A stretch of 63,737 nt of DNA, the filler included, from a bacterium (GTDB taxonomy: Bacteria > J088 > JAWLBW01): assembly GCA_041690355.1 (NCBI GenBank). It is 3 parts of 3 records of this genome, joined end to end, with 100 filler letters (N's around TTAATTAATTAA, not from the genome) between each part and the next. Parts side by side here need not be neighbours in the genome. Positions count along the whole stretch, not along the records: positions 46,622 to 63,737 come from JAWLHK010000037.1; 2 more parts are not named here. One strand, given 5' to 3'. The notes below the pieces were generated by a model, which was given only the letters and a program-made list of their open reading frames with translations, made no database searches and was not told where the DNA came from. A program made the position numbers and the translations under genes. Shown in pieces: positions 53,284-63,737 of the stretch. How positions within the stretch are numbered: the stretch's first letter is position 1; each line of letters begins with the position of its first letter.

Positions 53284-54588
53284 TCACCAGGGGATGCAGA
53301 ACAGTTGTCCATCGGTATCCATGACGCACCTCGGCAAGTTTGCTATGGGGTAGAAACTCATGCTGTGGAGCGGCCTGGCCAGATCGATTGCGTACAGTTC
53401 GTCATCGTCGCTGCACACGGCGGCATGGTCCCTGGTCACGCCGCAGAAGTCCCAGTAGGAGAACGTCATGTTTGACCACGTATAGGCCGGATCGATTGGC
53501 GTCAGGTCCCGGACGTCAGCATACAATCCAAGGCACCAACCCATTCCGTCCTCGCGATCGATCGCGCACAGGGGGATGACATGGGCGAAGACATCCTGCC
53601 AGGATTTTTCTGCGGGCCCCAGCAGGGTCGGGGTGCTGACTTCATCCCCCTGCGCCAGAAAGCCCCAGCAGTACAGGCCGTTCGATTCGGGAATGGCACA
53701 CATCCGGCCGGCATACGATTCGCCGGTGCCCAGGCTGCCCCGTACGGCAACGGCCTTGACGGGGAGCGAGACGGGATAGGCGTAATGACTCGCGAGCCGC
53801 GGGTCAGAGAGCGCGAGCTCGAAGTAGTGGTTGAAGCCCCAGCAGTAGACTGCCCCCGATGCCCGGACGCCGCACGATGCGTAAGCGCCGACCGTAACGC
53901 TGATCCAGTCGTCCCAGACGCCGAACCGTTGGGGGATCAGGGTATCTTCGCGGTGGCCGATTGCGCCGCCAAACGAAGGCCCCCAGCACCACAGGGTGCC
54001 GTCGACCTGTATCCCGCACGAATGGCGCGTGCCGATCGCGACCTCCTGCCAGGGCGCAGCGGCTTCGACCGGGGTAGTGGAATAGGATGCGAAGCCCTCT
54101 CTTCGAATCTCGAACAGCGTGTCGTTGGGGTCCAGTCCATAGCCGATCAGCGAGTCGATTCCGCACTCCTCTTCCCGGGCGCACTCGGACGGGTCGTGCA
54201 TCCAGCCCAGGAATGATTTCCAGCGTCCTTCGACCTGACAGAAGACGTATGCACCGCTGCGGATAATCGACTGAGGCTCAGTGAAATTCCCGCCCTGGAT
54301 CCTGAATCCCTCTGGACAGGCGGTCAACCGGACGCGAATTTCGGTGTCACTCCAGTCAAGGATTGGAGCATCGGCCTCTGCGGACCCATCGGAAGAGATG
54401 ACCGCTCGTGCGGCACTTCGCGTACCGAAACCGTGCCCTTGAATGGTCACCACGTCTCCCTCGATGAAGTACTCGGGCGAGACGGCCGTGATCACAGGCC
54501 CGCTCTCCACGGGGGGCGGTTCGCAGGCGGTGAACAGTGCGGTAGCGAACAGGGCGCTGGCGAGTGCTCTCATCCTGGATGCCTGCAT
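53284..54588 (-). CDS. Lipoprotein with IPT/TIG-like domain and degenerate RCC1-like repeats
   Basis: LFTAC lipobox; PVITAVSP...G..VTIQG.GFG...WSDTEI; HSCGI..DGTLWCWG repeats. Confidence 0.7.
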   Translation of the reverse strand: MQASRMRALASALFATALFTACEPPPVESGPVITAVSPEYFIEGDVVTIQGHGFGTRSAARAVISSDGSAEADAPILDWSDTEIRVRLTACPEGFRIQGGNFTEPQSIIRSGAYVFCQVEGRWKSFLGWMHDPSECAREEECGIDSLIGYGLDPNDTLFEIRREGFASYSTTPVEAAAPWQEVAIGTRHSCGIQVDGTLWCWGPSFGGAIGHREDTLIPQRFGVWDDWISVTVGAYASCGVRASGAVYCWGFNHYFELALSDPRLASHYAYPVSLPVKAVAVRGSLGTGESYAGRMCAIPESNGLYCWGFLAQGDEVSTPTLLGPAEKSWQDVFAHVIPLCAIDREDGMGWCLGLYADVRDLTPIDPAYTWSNMTFSYWDFCGVTRDHAAVCSDDDELYAIDLARPLHSMSFYPIANLPRCVMDTDGQLFCIPW

Positions 54589-54759
54589 GATCTCTCCGGT
54601 TTGCTGGAAATCCCTTGCCGGTAGGAGGGCTTTTGCCGGCTGAGTTATCGTAGCAATTTCTGCAGTGCTTTGCAGAGCGTTGTGCTGCATGCACGAAAAC
54701 CAAGAGGGCGCCGGGATCGAGTCCCGGCGCCCTCTCGTCGTGGGGAGCAATCGAACGGG

Positions 54760-54894
54760 CTAGCTGCGCCCCTGTTCCGCCTCTTTTTCCTTGCCTTCTT
54801 CGACCAGCTGCTTCACGCGCTGGCCCCCCTTCTGGCCGGCCTGGCTGACCGACATGTCGCGGCCGGAGCCGGACTGGCTTTTCTTCTGGGCCAT
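54760..54894 (-). CDS. Small KGG-motif stress-induced protein (44 aa, not in the ORF track)
   Basis: AGGAGG SD; MAQKKSQSGSGRDMSVSQAGQKGGQRVKQLVEEGKEKEAEQGRS. Confidence 0.7.
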   Translation of the reverse strand: MAQKKSQSGSGRDMSVSQAGQKGGQRVKQLVEEGKEKEAEQGRS

Positions 54895-55069
54895 GACAAC
54901 CTCCTGTGGATGCACGACCCAGTATCGGCGGGCGGGCAGCGGAGATCATCCCCGGGCAACGTGCCGGAAAGCGGCGGCGCCGCACGCGGGTCTGCGCTTC
55001 CGGGACGCGCTGCGGGAGGGAAAAGAGACCGAACCCCGCCAAGGCAAGGGGCGTGACGGCGAATTCCGT

Positions 55070-57730
55070 TCAGCGTTCCGCAGAACGGCCGGCGGGTTCC
55101 CGCGCGGATTCTCTTTCCGCTTCCGCGTCCCGCTCATGTCTTTGCGTCCCGGCCGCCGCGACCGGCAGATACACGGTGAGCTGCGTGCCGGCCCCGACGG
55201 CGCTGCGCACGTCGATCCATCCGCCGTGGGCCTGCACGATGGCATGCGTAATGAACAGGCCCAGCCCGAGGCCGGCCGTGTCGACGCGCCCGCCGCGGTG
55301 GTACCGCCGGAAGAGGTTCGCCTGTTCTTCGGGCGGGATTCCCTCGCCGCGATCCTGCACGCGGATCCAGGCCGTGGCGTCTTCGCTCCCCGCCTCGACG
55401 GTCACCGGTTTTTCGGCGCCGTATTTGACGGCGTTCGAGACGAGATTCAGGATCACCTGTTCGATGCGCTCATGGTCCCAGTGCCCCGCAATCGCGCGCG
55501 GAGGGATTCGCACCTCAATCGGCGTCGCGCCGTGGCGGGCAAGATCTTCGAGCGTCCCCTTCATGTCGGAGAGGATATCCCGCAGGTCTGACGCGCCTCG
55601 CTCGATGGGCAGGGCGCCCGCCGAGATACGCGTCGCGTCGAGCAGCGAGTCGATCAGCGAGCCGAGCTTGCGGCTGCGTTCGAGAATCGTGACGGCCGAC
55701 CGCCGAAGCTGGTCCGGCGCGATCGGGCGGCCGCTCTGGATCAGGCGTTCGAGCAGGCCGGCCTGCAGGTGCAGGGCCGCGAGCGGCGTCTTGAGCTCGT
55801 GCGAGGCGACCGAGAGAAACTCGTCGCGAAGCTGCACAGCCTCCTGCGTCCGTTCAAACAGCCGCGCATTCTCGATGGCGAGGGCCGCCCGGCCGGCGAT
55901 CTCTTCGAGCAGTTCGCGGTCGCGCTCGTCGAAGGGATTTCCCGGCGCCAGACGGGCAATCGTGAGGTAGCCGATGCCGCGCCCTTCGAGCAGAATCGGC
56001 GACGCGAGCAGCGCGTGCACCCGGTCGTTCTGCAGCAGGTGATGGTATTCGGGCGGCAGCATGCGTTCGTTGTCGGCCCGGCTCAGAACGGGCAGCAGCA
56101 GCGAGCGGCCGGTGAAGAGAAACTGCACTTCGGGTGTCGTGCTGAGGCGCACGTCCCGATCGGCCAGCAGGCGGCGCATGAATTCTTCGGCCGACGGACT
56201 GCTCACGTACATGGCCGCCAGGCGCAGCCGGTCGCCGTCGTCTTCGAGCATCCGGAGAACCGAGACATCGCCCAGCAGGGTGCTCACCGTCTGCGTGATC
56301 GTCTGCAGAAGTTCGGGGGTCGAGCGGGCATGTTCGGCGAAGGCCCGGGTGGCCTGGGCCAGCGCCTCGAGGCGCCGGGCCGCGCGCCGCTCGGACTCCA
56401 CCAGCCGCACGCGGTGGGCGGCGTCGGCGGCGATCAGGCTGAGCTCGGTGAGCAGCTGGCGCATCTTGTTGGAAAAGGGATGGAAGTCGGCGAAGCTGAT
56501 GGCGAGCGAGCCGAACGCCTCGTTTTCATGCCGCAGCGGAAAGGCGACGGTCGAACCGAATGCCGCGTTCCAATCCCGATAGGGACGTACCGAGTCGGGG
56601 GTCTCGAGCCACAGGGTGCGGTTTTCGCGGATGGCCTGCGGCACGGGGAGCGGATAATCGAGCGGCATGTTGCGGAAGCGCTGGAACGCCTCGCCCGAAA
56701 CGCCCGTGGCGGTAACGATGTTCACGTCTGAGGTCTGCTTGGCGTGCAGTGCAAAGACAGATGCTGCACAGCCGAGTTGGCGCACGACCTCGCCGGTAAG
56801 CGCCTCGCCAAGTTCTTCGAGGGTCGTGGCTGCCGCGGCCTCGGCGGTGATGGCCTGAAGAATACCGATCGCGCGGCTCTCTTCGGCCTTTTCTTCGTAC
56901 AGGCGGGCGCGATCGAGCGCCTGTGCCCCGAGCGAGGCGACCGATTCGAGAAACTCGCGCAGACTCTCACGAAACTCCTGTGGCCGAAAGAAGCAGAAGC
57001 CGAGCACGCCCAGCAGGCGCGTTCCCGCAATCAGCGGGAGGGCGACCGAAGCCGCCGAATTCTGGTAGGGGCGATAGGTCGGATGTGCGGCATAGGCCTC
57101 GACCCACAGCGCCTTTCGCAGGAATCCGGCCTGGGTCAGGGTGTAGGGATCGGTCAGCGCGAACTCGCCCGCCATGCTCGCGGCGGGGCCCGTGGGCCCT
57201 CGCGTGCTCACGACGCGCAGCGCCCGGGTATCTTCGTTCAGCGTGGCGACCGTCGTCACGTCGGCGCCGATGACGGGCAGCGTGACGCGGGTGATGGTGT
57301 CGGCGACTTCTTCGACGGTCACGGCGGCGGCCAGCTGCGCGGCCAGCCCGGCGAGCGACGCAGAACGCTCCTGGAGCTGTTTCGACGCGGTGATGTCTTC
57401 GGCGGCGACGACGAAACCGACGATCTCGTCTCCGCTCCGGTAGGGGGTGTAGCGCACGCGCAGGCGCACCGGTTTTCCGGCAGGGCTCGTGAAGTCGATC
57501 TCCTGGTCGAGCGTCTCGCCGGCCAGGGCCCGCTCCCAGAACGGGCTGAAGGTCGCGACGTTTTCGGGCCCGAGCACCTCGGACACATGCCGACCGACGA
57601 TTTCTTCGCGCGTGCGCCCGTACCAGGCGGCGTACGAGGCGCTCGCATGCAGAAAGGTAAAATCCCGGCTCACATACGAGATCAGCAGGGGTATTGTGTC
57701 CAGGAGTCCCTGAATATCCCGCAAAGGCAT
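55070..57730 (-). CDS. PAS plus multi-GAF sensor histidine kinase
   Basis: N-terminal PAS, three GAF-like regions, ASHELKTPL, NAVKY, D.G.GI and GLGLGL motifs. Confidence 0.92.
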   Translation of the reverse strand: MPLRDIQGLLDTIPLLISYVSRDFTFLHASASYAAWYGRTREEIVGRHVSEVLGPENVATFSPFWERALAGETLDQEIDFTSPAGKPVRLRVRYTPYRSGDEIVGFVVAAEDITASKQLQERSASLAGLAAQLAAAVTVEEVADTITRVTLPVIGADVTTVATLNEDTRALRVVSTRGPTGPAASMAGEFALTDPYTLTQAGFLRKALWVEAYAAHPTYRPYQNSAASVALPLIAGTRLLGVLGFCFFRPQEFRESLREFLESVASLGAQALDRARLYEEKAEESRAIGILQAITAEAAAATTLEELGEALTGEVVRQLGCAASVFALHAKQTSDVNIVTATGVSGEAFQRFRNMPLDYPLPVPQAIRENRTLWLETPDSVRPYRDWNAAFGSTVAFPLRHENEAFGSLAISFADFHPFSNKMRQLLTELSLIAADAAHRVRLVESERRAARRLEALAQATRAFAEHARSTPELLQTITQTVSTLLGDVSVLRMLEDDGDRLRLAAMYVSSPSAEEFMRRLLADRDVRLSTTPEVQFLFTGRSLLLPVLSRADNERMLPPEYHHLLQNDRVHALLASPILLEGRGIGYLTIARLAPGNPFDERDRELLEEIAGRAALAIENARLFERTQEAVQLRDEFLSVASHELKTPLAALHLQAGLLERLIQSGRPIAPDQLRRSAVTILERSRKLGSLIDSLLDATRISAGALPIERGASDLRDILSDMKGTLEDLARHGATPIEVRIPPRAIAGHWDHERIEQVILNLVSNAVKYGAEKPVTVEAGSEDATAWIRVQDRGEGIPPEEQANLFRRYHRGGRVDTAGLGLGLFITHAIVQAHGGWIDVRSAVGAGTQLTVYLPVAAAGTQRHERDAEAERESAREPAGRSAER

Positions 57731-58069
57731 GCCAAAGATAATACCCGACATCTTTCCAGACAGGAAACAAAATTGAATTGCGGACACCCGCCCGCCAAGT
57801 GACGAGTCAGGCAATTGACAATTTACGATTGAGATTGACGAATTTCCGGAACGTACCTGATGCTGAAGGTACTTGCCTCGTTGGTGCTTGGCGCTTGCAC
57901 AGCAAATGCCCGACTGCCGACTGACGACTGATGCCCCCCCAGCGTCCAGCGCCCAGCGCCCATGTTCCGCTTTTCAGCGGCGGGCGAGGCCATTTTTTGC
58001 GAGAATGACCCCTTGGACAACTTGACGGAATTCCGCCGGAACCGAAGGCGGAACTCAGAGGAGCAGGCC

Positions 58070-59140
58070 ATGGCCACGTGGATGATCTATGGCGCCAACG
58101 GATACACCGGGCGCATCGCCGCCGAAGAAGCGCGCCGCAAGGGACATGCGCCGATTCTGGCGGGTCGCAGCCGCGAGAAGCTCGAGCCGCTGGCAAAGGC
58201 CCTCGACCTGCCCGTGCGCGCCTTCGACCTGGCCGATCCGGCAGCCGTCGTCGACAATCTGCGCGACGTCGACCTCGTGCTGCATTGCGCGGGCCCCTTC
58301 TCGGCGACGAGCCGGCCCATGCTCGACGGCTGCGTGCAGACGAAGACCCACTACCTCGACATCACCGGCGAGATCGCCGTCTTCGAGGGCCTGCACCGCC
58401 GCCATGCGGAACTGCAGGGGGCCGGGGTCGTCGGCATCTCGGGGGTCGGCTTCGACGTCGTTCCCTCCGACTGCCTGGCGGCGATGCTGCACCGCGAGCT
58501 GCCCGATGCGAAATGGCTGCGCATGGGCATGCGCGGCCTGGGCGGCTCGATCAGCCCGGGCACGGCCAAGACGATGGTCGAAGGGCTTTCGCAGGGCGGA
58601 TGCATCCGCAAGGACGGCAAGCTGACCCGCGTGCCGACCGGCTGGCGCACGCGCACGATTCCGTTCACCGACAAGGGGTCGCACGCCGTGACCATCCCCT
58701 GGGGCGACGTGTCGACCGCCTACCATTCCACGGGGATCCCGAACATCGAGTTCTACCTGGCCACCCCGCCCGCGGCCGTGCGCGGCATGCGCATGTCGAA
58801 TCTGTTTTCGACCCTGCTCGGCACGCCGCCGGTGCAGCGCTTTCTCAAGCGGCAGATCGAGAAGCGCGTGCCCGGCCCGACCGAGGAGCAGCGGCGCACC
58901 GGGCGCACGATCGTGTGGGGCGAAGTCGAGAACGAGCGCAGCGAGAAAGCGGAGATGCGCCTGACCGTGAAAGAGGGCTACAGCTTCACGGTCGACGCCT
59001 CGCTCGCCTGCGTCGAGAAGGTGCTGGCGGGGGGAGTTTCTGCGGGCGCGCACACGCCGTCGAAGGCCTTCGGCGCTGATTTCGTGCTCTCGCTCCCCGA
59101 CGTGAAACTCGAGCGCCTCGCCGGCAAGCAAATCGCTTGA
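58070..59140 (+). CDS. Saccharopine dehydrogenase-like NAD(P)-binding protein
   Basis: IYGANGYTG, HCAGPF, HYLDITGE, GFDVVPSD and IPWGDVSTA motifs; GAGGAG SD. Confidence 0.88.
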   Translation: MATWMIYGANGYTGRIAAEEARRKGHAPILAGRSREKLEPLAKALDLPVRAFDLADPAAVVDNLRDVDLVLHCAGPFSATSRPMLDGCVQTKTHYLDITGEIAVFEGLHRRHAELQGAGVVGISGVGFDVVPSDCLAAMLHRELPDAKWLRMGMRGLGGSISPGTAKTMVEGLSQGGCIRKDGKLTRVPTGWRTRTIPFTDKGSHAVTIPWGDVSTAYHSTGIPNIEFYLATPPAAVRGMRMSNLFSTLLGTPPVQRFLKRQIEKRVPGPTEEQRRTGRTIVWGEVENERSEKAEMRLTVKEGYSFTVDASLACVEKVLAGGVSAGAHTPSKAFGADFVLSLPDVKLERLAGKQIA

Positions 59141-59264
59141 ATTTACGATTGACGATTTACGATTGACGATTGGCGGCAAGTACGTGACGAGCCCCGGCCC
59201 CCGGCTCCCTTCCATCGGCGCTCAGCGCTTAGCGCTTGGCGCTTCACGCCGTGACGAGTGACAC

Positions 59265-60026
59265 GTGACAAGTGACGAATTATCGGCAAGTACGCCCAGC
59301 GCCCAGCGCCCAGCGTCCAGCGCCCGCCTGGCGATACGACTGCAGCGCGGCGGGGGTCTCGCGTTCGCGATCTTTCTCACGCTGCACCTGATCTCCGTGC
59401 TCGGGGGGCTCGGCGGCGAGGCGGTGTTCAATCGCCTCGTGTCGGCCACGCGCGCCGTCTATCAATATCTTCCGCTCGAGCTGGCGCTGCTCGCCGCCGT
59501 CGGGGCCCACGTCTGGGGCTCGCTGCTGCGCTGGTGGCGGCGTCCGGCGGGTGCGGAACTTCCGGCCGGTATCGCCCTGCAGGGGTGGGCGGGCTTCATC
59601 CTCCTGCTGTTCTTCGTCGGTCACGTCCTGTTCACGCGCGTGATTCCCGGGTGGCTGGGTTTCAAGGCCGATTTCGGCTACGTGCGTCTGACGCTCGAGA
59701 TCTGGCCCACCTTCTTCATTCCCTATTACGCGGCGCTCGGGGCCGCCGGGGCCTATCATCTCATCTTCGGCCTCTTCCAGTTTCTGCGCCGGCCCCTGCG
59801 TTCGCGCTGGCCCGTCGCTCTGGCGGTTTCGCTGGTCTTTCTCGTGCTGCCCGTGCGCATGGCCGTCGGAGAGCGCGCGTGGGCGGATGAAGAACTGCTG
59901 CGCTACCTGGGCCCGGTGGCCGTCACGACCCCCTGGCTGCTCGACGCCGCCGAAGAAGACCCCCTCGTGCGCCGCTATCAGGCGCTCGCCGGCGAGGGAA
60001 ATCGGGCGGAGAGCCCGGATCGCTGA
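59265..60026 (+). CDS. Membrane protein with four TM His (cytochrome b/DUF1691-like); start uncertain
   Basis: FLTLHL, GAHVW, VGHVLFTR and AYHLIFG in TM segments; the N-terminus overlaps heptamer repeats. Confidence 0.55.
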   Translation: MTSDELSASTPSAQRPASSARLAIRLQRGGGLAFAIFLTLHLISVLGGLGGEAVFNRLVSATRAVYQYLPLELALLAAVGAHVWGSLLRWWRRPAGAELPAGIALQGWAGFILLLFFVGHVLFTRVIPGWLGFKADFGYVRLTLEIWPTFFIPYYAALGAAGAYHLIFGLFQFLRRPLRSRWPVALAVSLVFLVLPVRMAVGERAWADEELLRYLGPVAVTTPWLLDAAEEDPLVRRYQALAGEGNRAESPDR

Positions 60027-60255
60027 ACCCGCCGTTGCCCTCCGTCGCAGGCCGGGCCGGCCTCCCGTGTACGGGGCGGGGTCTCACCCGGCTTCCGGGG
60101 GCTGGAAAAACCCGTCCTTGATCTGTACGTGCAGACTGTGGTAATTTATTTGGATTCACATTGATTGGAGAGGCCTGCCCTCGTTTCTCTGCGCCTCCGG
60201 TTGCCGGGAAAGACTCGAGGGAGCCCGACCAAACCCGGAGGCAAGCCGCGGCGAC

Positions 60256-60284
60256 TTGACACCAAGGCGCGGGCTTGCTAAACT
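60256..60284 (+). promoter_or_regulatory. Sigma70 promoter of the str operon
   Basis: TTGACA-17 bp-TAAACT. Confidence 0.75.
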
Positions 60285-60423
60285 CTGGGATTAACGTTTT
60301 TTTTGTTGAACGTTTTCTTGGCTGCACCGCTCCGTAACGGACGGTTGCTTTACGATGCCCGGGCGCGGGCCTCTCGTCGATGTGGGAAGTGGTATTTCCG
60401 CAGGCCATTTTGAAGGAACGCAC

Positions 60424-60795
60424 ATGCCTACGATTAATCAGCTCGTCCGCAAGGGACGCGCCAAGCTTCGCACCAAGACCAAGTCTCCCGCGCTCAAGAA
60501 GTCGCCGCAGAAGCGTGGCGTCTGCACGCGCGTCTATACGACGACCCCCAAGAAGCCGAACTCGGCCCTTCGCAAGGTGGCGCGTGTTCGTCTGGTCAAC
60601 GGGATCGAAGTCACCAGCTACATCCCCGGCATCGGCCACAATCTGCAGGAACACTCGGTTGTGCTCATCCGCGGCGGCCGCGTGAAGGACCTTCCCGGTG
60701 TGCGCTATCACATCGTGCGCGGCACGCTCGACGCGGTCGGCGTTCAGAACCGCAAGCAGAGCCGTTCCAAGTACGGGGCCAAGCGGCCCAAGTAA
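60424..60795 (+). CDS. rpsL: 30S ribosomal protein S12
   Basis: [10 protein letters not shown]...[13 protein letters not shown]...[11 protein letters not shown]. Confidence 0.99.
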   Translation: MPTINQLVRKGRAKLRTKTKSPALKKSPQKRGVCTRVYTTTPKKPNSALRKVARVRLVNGIEVTSYIPGIGHNLQEHSVVLIRGGRVKDLPGVRYHIVRGTLDAVGVQNRKQSRSKYGAKRPK

Positions 60796-60902
60796 TCCCG
60801 GTATTTTGTCGATGGCGGCGCTCGCGGGCCCTGCGGGATCCGGCGCGCCGCTGAAAGTACGTTTTCCAATCCGCTTCGGCGGACATTCGCAAGGTTCGAG
60901 AT

Positions 60903-61373
60903 ATGCCACGGCGTAAGGCAGCAGTAAAGCGTGAAGTTCTTCCCGATCCGAAGTTCCATGATGTGGTGGTGACCCGTTTCATCAACACGCTCATGCTCGA
61001 CGGGAAAAAGAGCATCGCCGAACGCGTGCTCTATGGCAGCTTCGATGTGGTGCGCGACCGCATGGGACGCGACCCGCTGGAAGTTTTCAAGAAGGCCCTC
61101 GACAACGTCAAGCCGCACGTTGAAGTCAAGAGCCGCCGCGTGGGCGGTTCGACCTACCAGGTGCCGGTCGAGGTTCGCTCGGAGCGGCGCAACGCGCTGG
61201 CCATGCGCTGGCTCGTCGGCTATGCCCGCGACCGCAGCGAAAAGACGATGGAAGAGCGCCTGGCTAATGAGTTCATCGACGCTTTCAACAACCGCGGCGG
61301 CGCGGTGAAAAAGCGCGAAGACACGCACCGCATGGCCGAGGCCAACAAGGCCTTCGCGCACTATCGCTGGTAA
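60903..61373 (+). CDS. rpsG: 30S ribosomal protein S7
   Basis: MPRRK...[15 protein letters not shown]...[13 protein letters not shown]. Confidence 0.99.
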   Translation: MPRRKAAVKREVLPDPKFHDVVVTRFINTLMLDGKKSIAERVLYGSFDVVRDRMGRDPLEVFKKALDNVKPHVEVKSRRVGGSTYQVPVEVRSERRNALAMRWLVGYARDRSEKTMEERLANEFIDAFNNRGGAVKKREDTHRMAEANKAFAHYRW

Positions 61374-61490
61374 GAAATTCTGCGGGGCCCTTTACGGGTT
61401 CCGCCGGGGGGTGCCTCGGGAGACCGGGGCGGGTGAGAAGTTTTCAGGGCGTTGCCGTAGCGCGCGCCGAGAAGGTTTTAGGAGGGTATT

Positions 61491-63578
61491 GTGGCACGTC
61501 CGCATCCTTTGAATAAGTATCGCAACTTCGGGATCATGGCCCACATCGACGCCGGCAAGACGACGGTGTCGGAGCGTATTCTGTACTACACCGGTGTGAA
61601 CTACAAGATCGGTGAAGTGCACGAAGGCGCGGCGACCATGGACTGGATGGAGCAGGAGCAGGAACGCGGCATCACGATTACCTCGGCCGCCACGACCGCC
61701 TTCTGGAAGGATCACCGGCTGAACCTGATCGACACGCCAGGCCACGTCGACTTCACGATCGAAGTCGAGCGTTCGCTGCGCGTGCTCGACGGCACCGTCT
61801 GCGTGCTCTGCGCCGTGGCCGGCGTGCAGCCGCAGACCGAAACCGTGTGGCGGCAGGCGACCAAGTACAAGGTGCCGCGCATGGCGTTCGTCAATAAGAT
61901 GGACCGCGTCGGCGCCAATTTCTTTCGCGTCGTCGGCCAGGTCAAGGAGCGTCTCAACGCCGAACCCTGCGTGGTCGCGATTCCGTGGGGTGCCGAAGAC
62001 AACTTCCAGGGCATCATCGACCTCGTGCAGATGAAGGGCGTCAAGTGGGATGAAGAGAGCCAGGGTCAGAAGTACGACCTGGTCGACATCCCCGCCGACC
62101 TTCAGGAAGTCGCCGCCGAATGGCGCGAGAAGCTCATCGATTCGGTCTCGAGCCACGACGACGCCATCATGGAGAAGGCGCTCGAGGGTAAAGAGATCGC
62201 GGCCGAAGAGATCGAAACCGCCATCCGCAAGGCCTGCATTTCGATGAAGGTCGTTCCGATGCTCTGCGGCACCGCCTTCAAGAACAAGGGCGTGCAGTGG
62301 CTGCTCGACGCCATCGTCAAGTACCTGCCGTCGCCGACCGAAGTTCCCGACATCGTGGGCAAGCTCCCCGACGGCACCGAAGCCATCCGCAAGAGCTCCG
62401 ACGACGAGCCGTTCAGCGCGCTGGGCTTCAAGATCATGACCGACCCGTTCGTCGGCCAGCTGACCTTCTTCCGCGTCTACAGCGGCAAGCTCGAGTCGGG
62501 CTCCTACGTCTACAACAGCTCGAAGGACAAGAAAGAGCGCATCGGCCGCATCCTCAAGATGCACGCCAACAAGCGCGAAGAAATCAAGGAAGTCTGGGCC
62601 GGCGACATCGCCGCCGCCGTGGGCCTCAAGTTCACGACCACGGGCGACACGCTCTGCGACGAGAGTAAACCGATTATTCTCGAAAGCCTCGACTTCCCGG
62701 AACCGGTCATCTGGATCGCCATTGAGCCGAAGACCAAGGCCGACCACGACAAGCTGTCGCAGGGCCTGGGCAAGCTGGCCGTCGAAGACCCGAGCTTCCG
62801 CGTGCGTTCCGACGAAGAAACCGGTCAGACTCTGATCGGCGGCATGGGCGAACTGCACCTCGAAATCATCGTCGACCGCCTGCAGCGTGAGTTCAAGATT
62901 CAGGCGAACGTCGGCAAGCCGCAGGTGGCCTACCGCGAAACGATTACGAAGGAAGCCACCGTCGAAGGCAAGTACATCAAGCAGACGGGCGGCCGCGGTC
63001 AGTACGGTCACGTCTGGATCAAGGTGTACCCGAACGAGACCGGCAAGGGCTATGAGTTCCTCGACAAGATCGTCGGCGGCGTGGTGCCGAAGGAATACAT
63101 CGGCGCCGTCGGCAAGGGCATCGGCGAAGCCATGGAAAGCGGCGTCATCGCCGGGTTCCCCATGGTCGACATCAAGGTCGAGCTCTTCGACGGTTCGTAC
63201 CACGACGTCGACTCGAGCGAAATGGCCTTCAAGATTGCCGGCTCCATGGCGTTCAAGGACGCCGCCAAGCAGGCCAAGCCGATTCTGCTCGAGCCGATCA
63301 TGAACGTCGAAGTGACCGTGCCCGAAGACTACATGGGCTCGGTCGTCGGTGACCTGAACGGCCGCCGCGGCCGTATCCAGGGCATGGACACGCGCAACGG
63401 CGAGCAGGTCATCAACGCCAAGGTGCCGCTGGCCGACATGTTCGGGTACTCGACGGAACTGCGTTCGATGACGCAGGGCCGCGCCAGCTACACGATGGAA
63501 TTCGCACACTACGAAGCCGTTCCGAATGCCATTACGGAACAGATCGTGGCCAAGGTTAAAGGAGTCGCCGCCAAGTAA
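61491..63578 (+). CDS. fusA: Elongation factor G
   Basis: [30 protein letters not shown] and GMGELHLE motifs; AGGAGG SD. Confidence 0.99.
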   Translation: MARPHPLNKYRNFGIMAHIDAGKTTVSERILYYTGVNYKIGEVHEGAATMDWMEQEQERGITITSAATTAFWKDHRLNLIDTPGHVDFTIEVERSLRVLDGTVCVLCAVAGVQPQTETVWRQATKYKVPRMAFVNKMDRVGANFFRVVGQVKERLNAEPCVVAIPWGAEDNFQGIIDLVQMKGVKWDEESQGQKYDLVDIPADLQEVAAEWREKLIDSVSSHDDAIMEKALEGKEIAAEEIETAIRKACISMKVVPMLCGTAFKNKGVQWLLDAIVKYLPSPTEVPDIVGKLPDGTEAIRKSSDDEPFSALGFKIMTDPFVGQLTFFRVYSGKLESGSYVYNSSKDKKERIGRILKMHANKREEIKEVWAGDIAAAVGLKFTTTGDTLCDESKPIILESLDFPEPVIWIAIEPKTKADHDKLSQGLGKLAVEDPSFRVRSDEETGQTLIGGMGELHLEIIVDRLQREFKIQANVGKPQVAYRETITKEATVEGKYIKQTGGRGQYGHVWIKVYPNETGKGYEFLDKIVGGVVPKEYIGAVGKGIGEAMESGVIAGFPMVDIKVELFDGSYHDVDSSEMAFKIAGSMAFKDAAKQAKPILLEPIMNVEVTVPEDYMGSVVGDLNGRRGRIQGMDTRNGEQVINAKVPLADMFGYSTELRSMTQGRASYTMEFAHYEAVPNAITEQIVAKVKGVAAK

Positions 63579-63614
63579 CGCGGCGTCATTCGAAAGGTTA
63601 AGGAGAACAGGACC

Positions 63615-63737
63615 ATGGCAAAGGCTAAATTCGAACGCAAGAAGCCGCACGTCAATATCGGCACGATCGGTCACGTCGACCACGGCAAGACCAGTCTGAC
63701 GGCCGCGATCACCAAGGTGCTGGCCGAGACCGGCGGC
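63615..63737 (+). CDS. tuf: Elongation factor Tu (5' part, truncated by the window)
   Basis: [33 protein letters not shown]. Confidence 0.98.
   Translation, partial: MAKAKFERKKPHVNIGTIGHVDHGKTSLTAAITKVLAETGG

Noticed and set aside
60424-60795. Streptomycin-resistance allele of rpsL
   Set aside because: PKKPNS and RVKDLPG retain the wild-type lysines.

Overview
High-GC bacterial DNA made of three contigs (1-25688, 25789-46521, 46622-63737) joined by artificial 100-nt N/TTAATTAATTAA spacers, so adjacency across the spacers is not biological. The gene content (PEGA-type C-terminus, RCC1-repeat lipoproteins, CpaC secretin, many sensor kinases) suggests a Myxococcota/'Deltaproteobacteria'-like genome; this is an inference. 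Contig 1 carries an acetyl-CoA synthetase with a ~217-aa histone-H1-like Lys/Ala-rich N-terminal tail, an MBL hydrolase, a ferritin-like gene, a lower-GC block of orphan genes, a heparinase II/III-like protein, a dense and partly decaying toxin-antitoxin cluster, a MaoC/Mch-like hydratase, an AGCS symporter, prmA, and an rsmB-family/transglutaminase-like/precorrin-2 dehydrogenase operon. Contig 2 carries an RCC1/cadherin-like lipoprotein, DoxX, bphP-bphO, DUF2167, an acyl-CoA dehydrogenase pair, a copper locus with three 19-bp-spacer CueR promoters and several redox genes, a thiolase and an orphan FitA-like antitoxin. Contig 3 carries cpaC plus an RCC1 lipoprotein whose 3' end is duplicated around a 1.9-kb lipoprotein insert, a PAS/GAF kinase, and the str operon (rpsL-rpsG-fusA-tuf'). 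Intergenic DNA is rich in heptamer tandem arrays and REP/MITE-like palindromic units, and four times direct repeats bracket small gene cargoes. I found no tRNA, rRNA, CRISPR array, transposase, integrase or reverse transcriptase.
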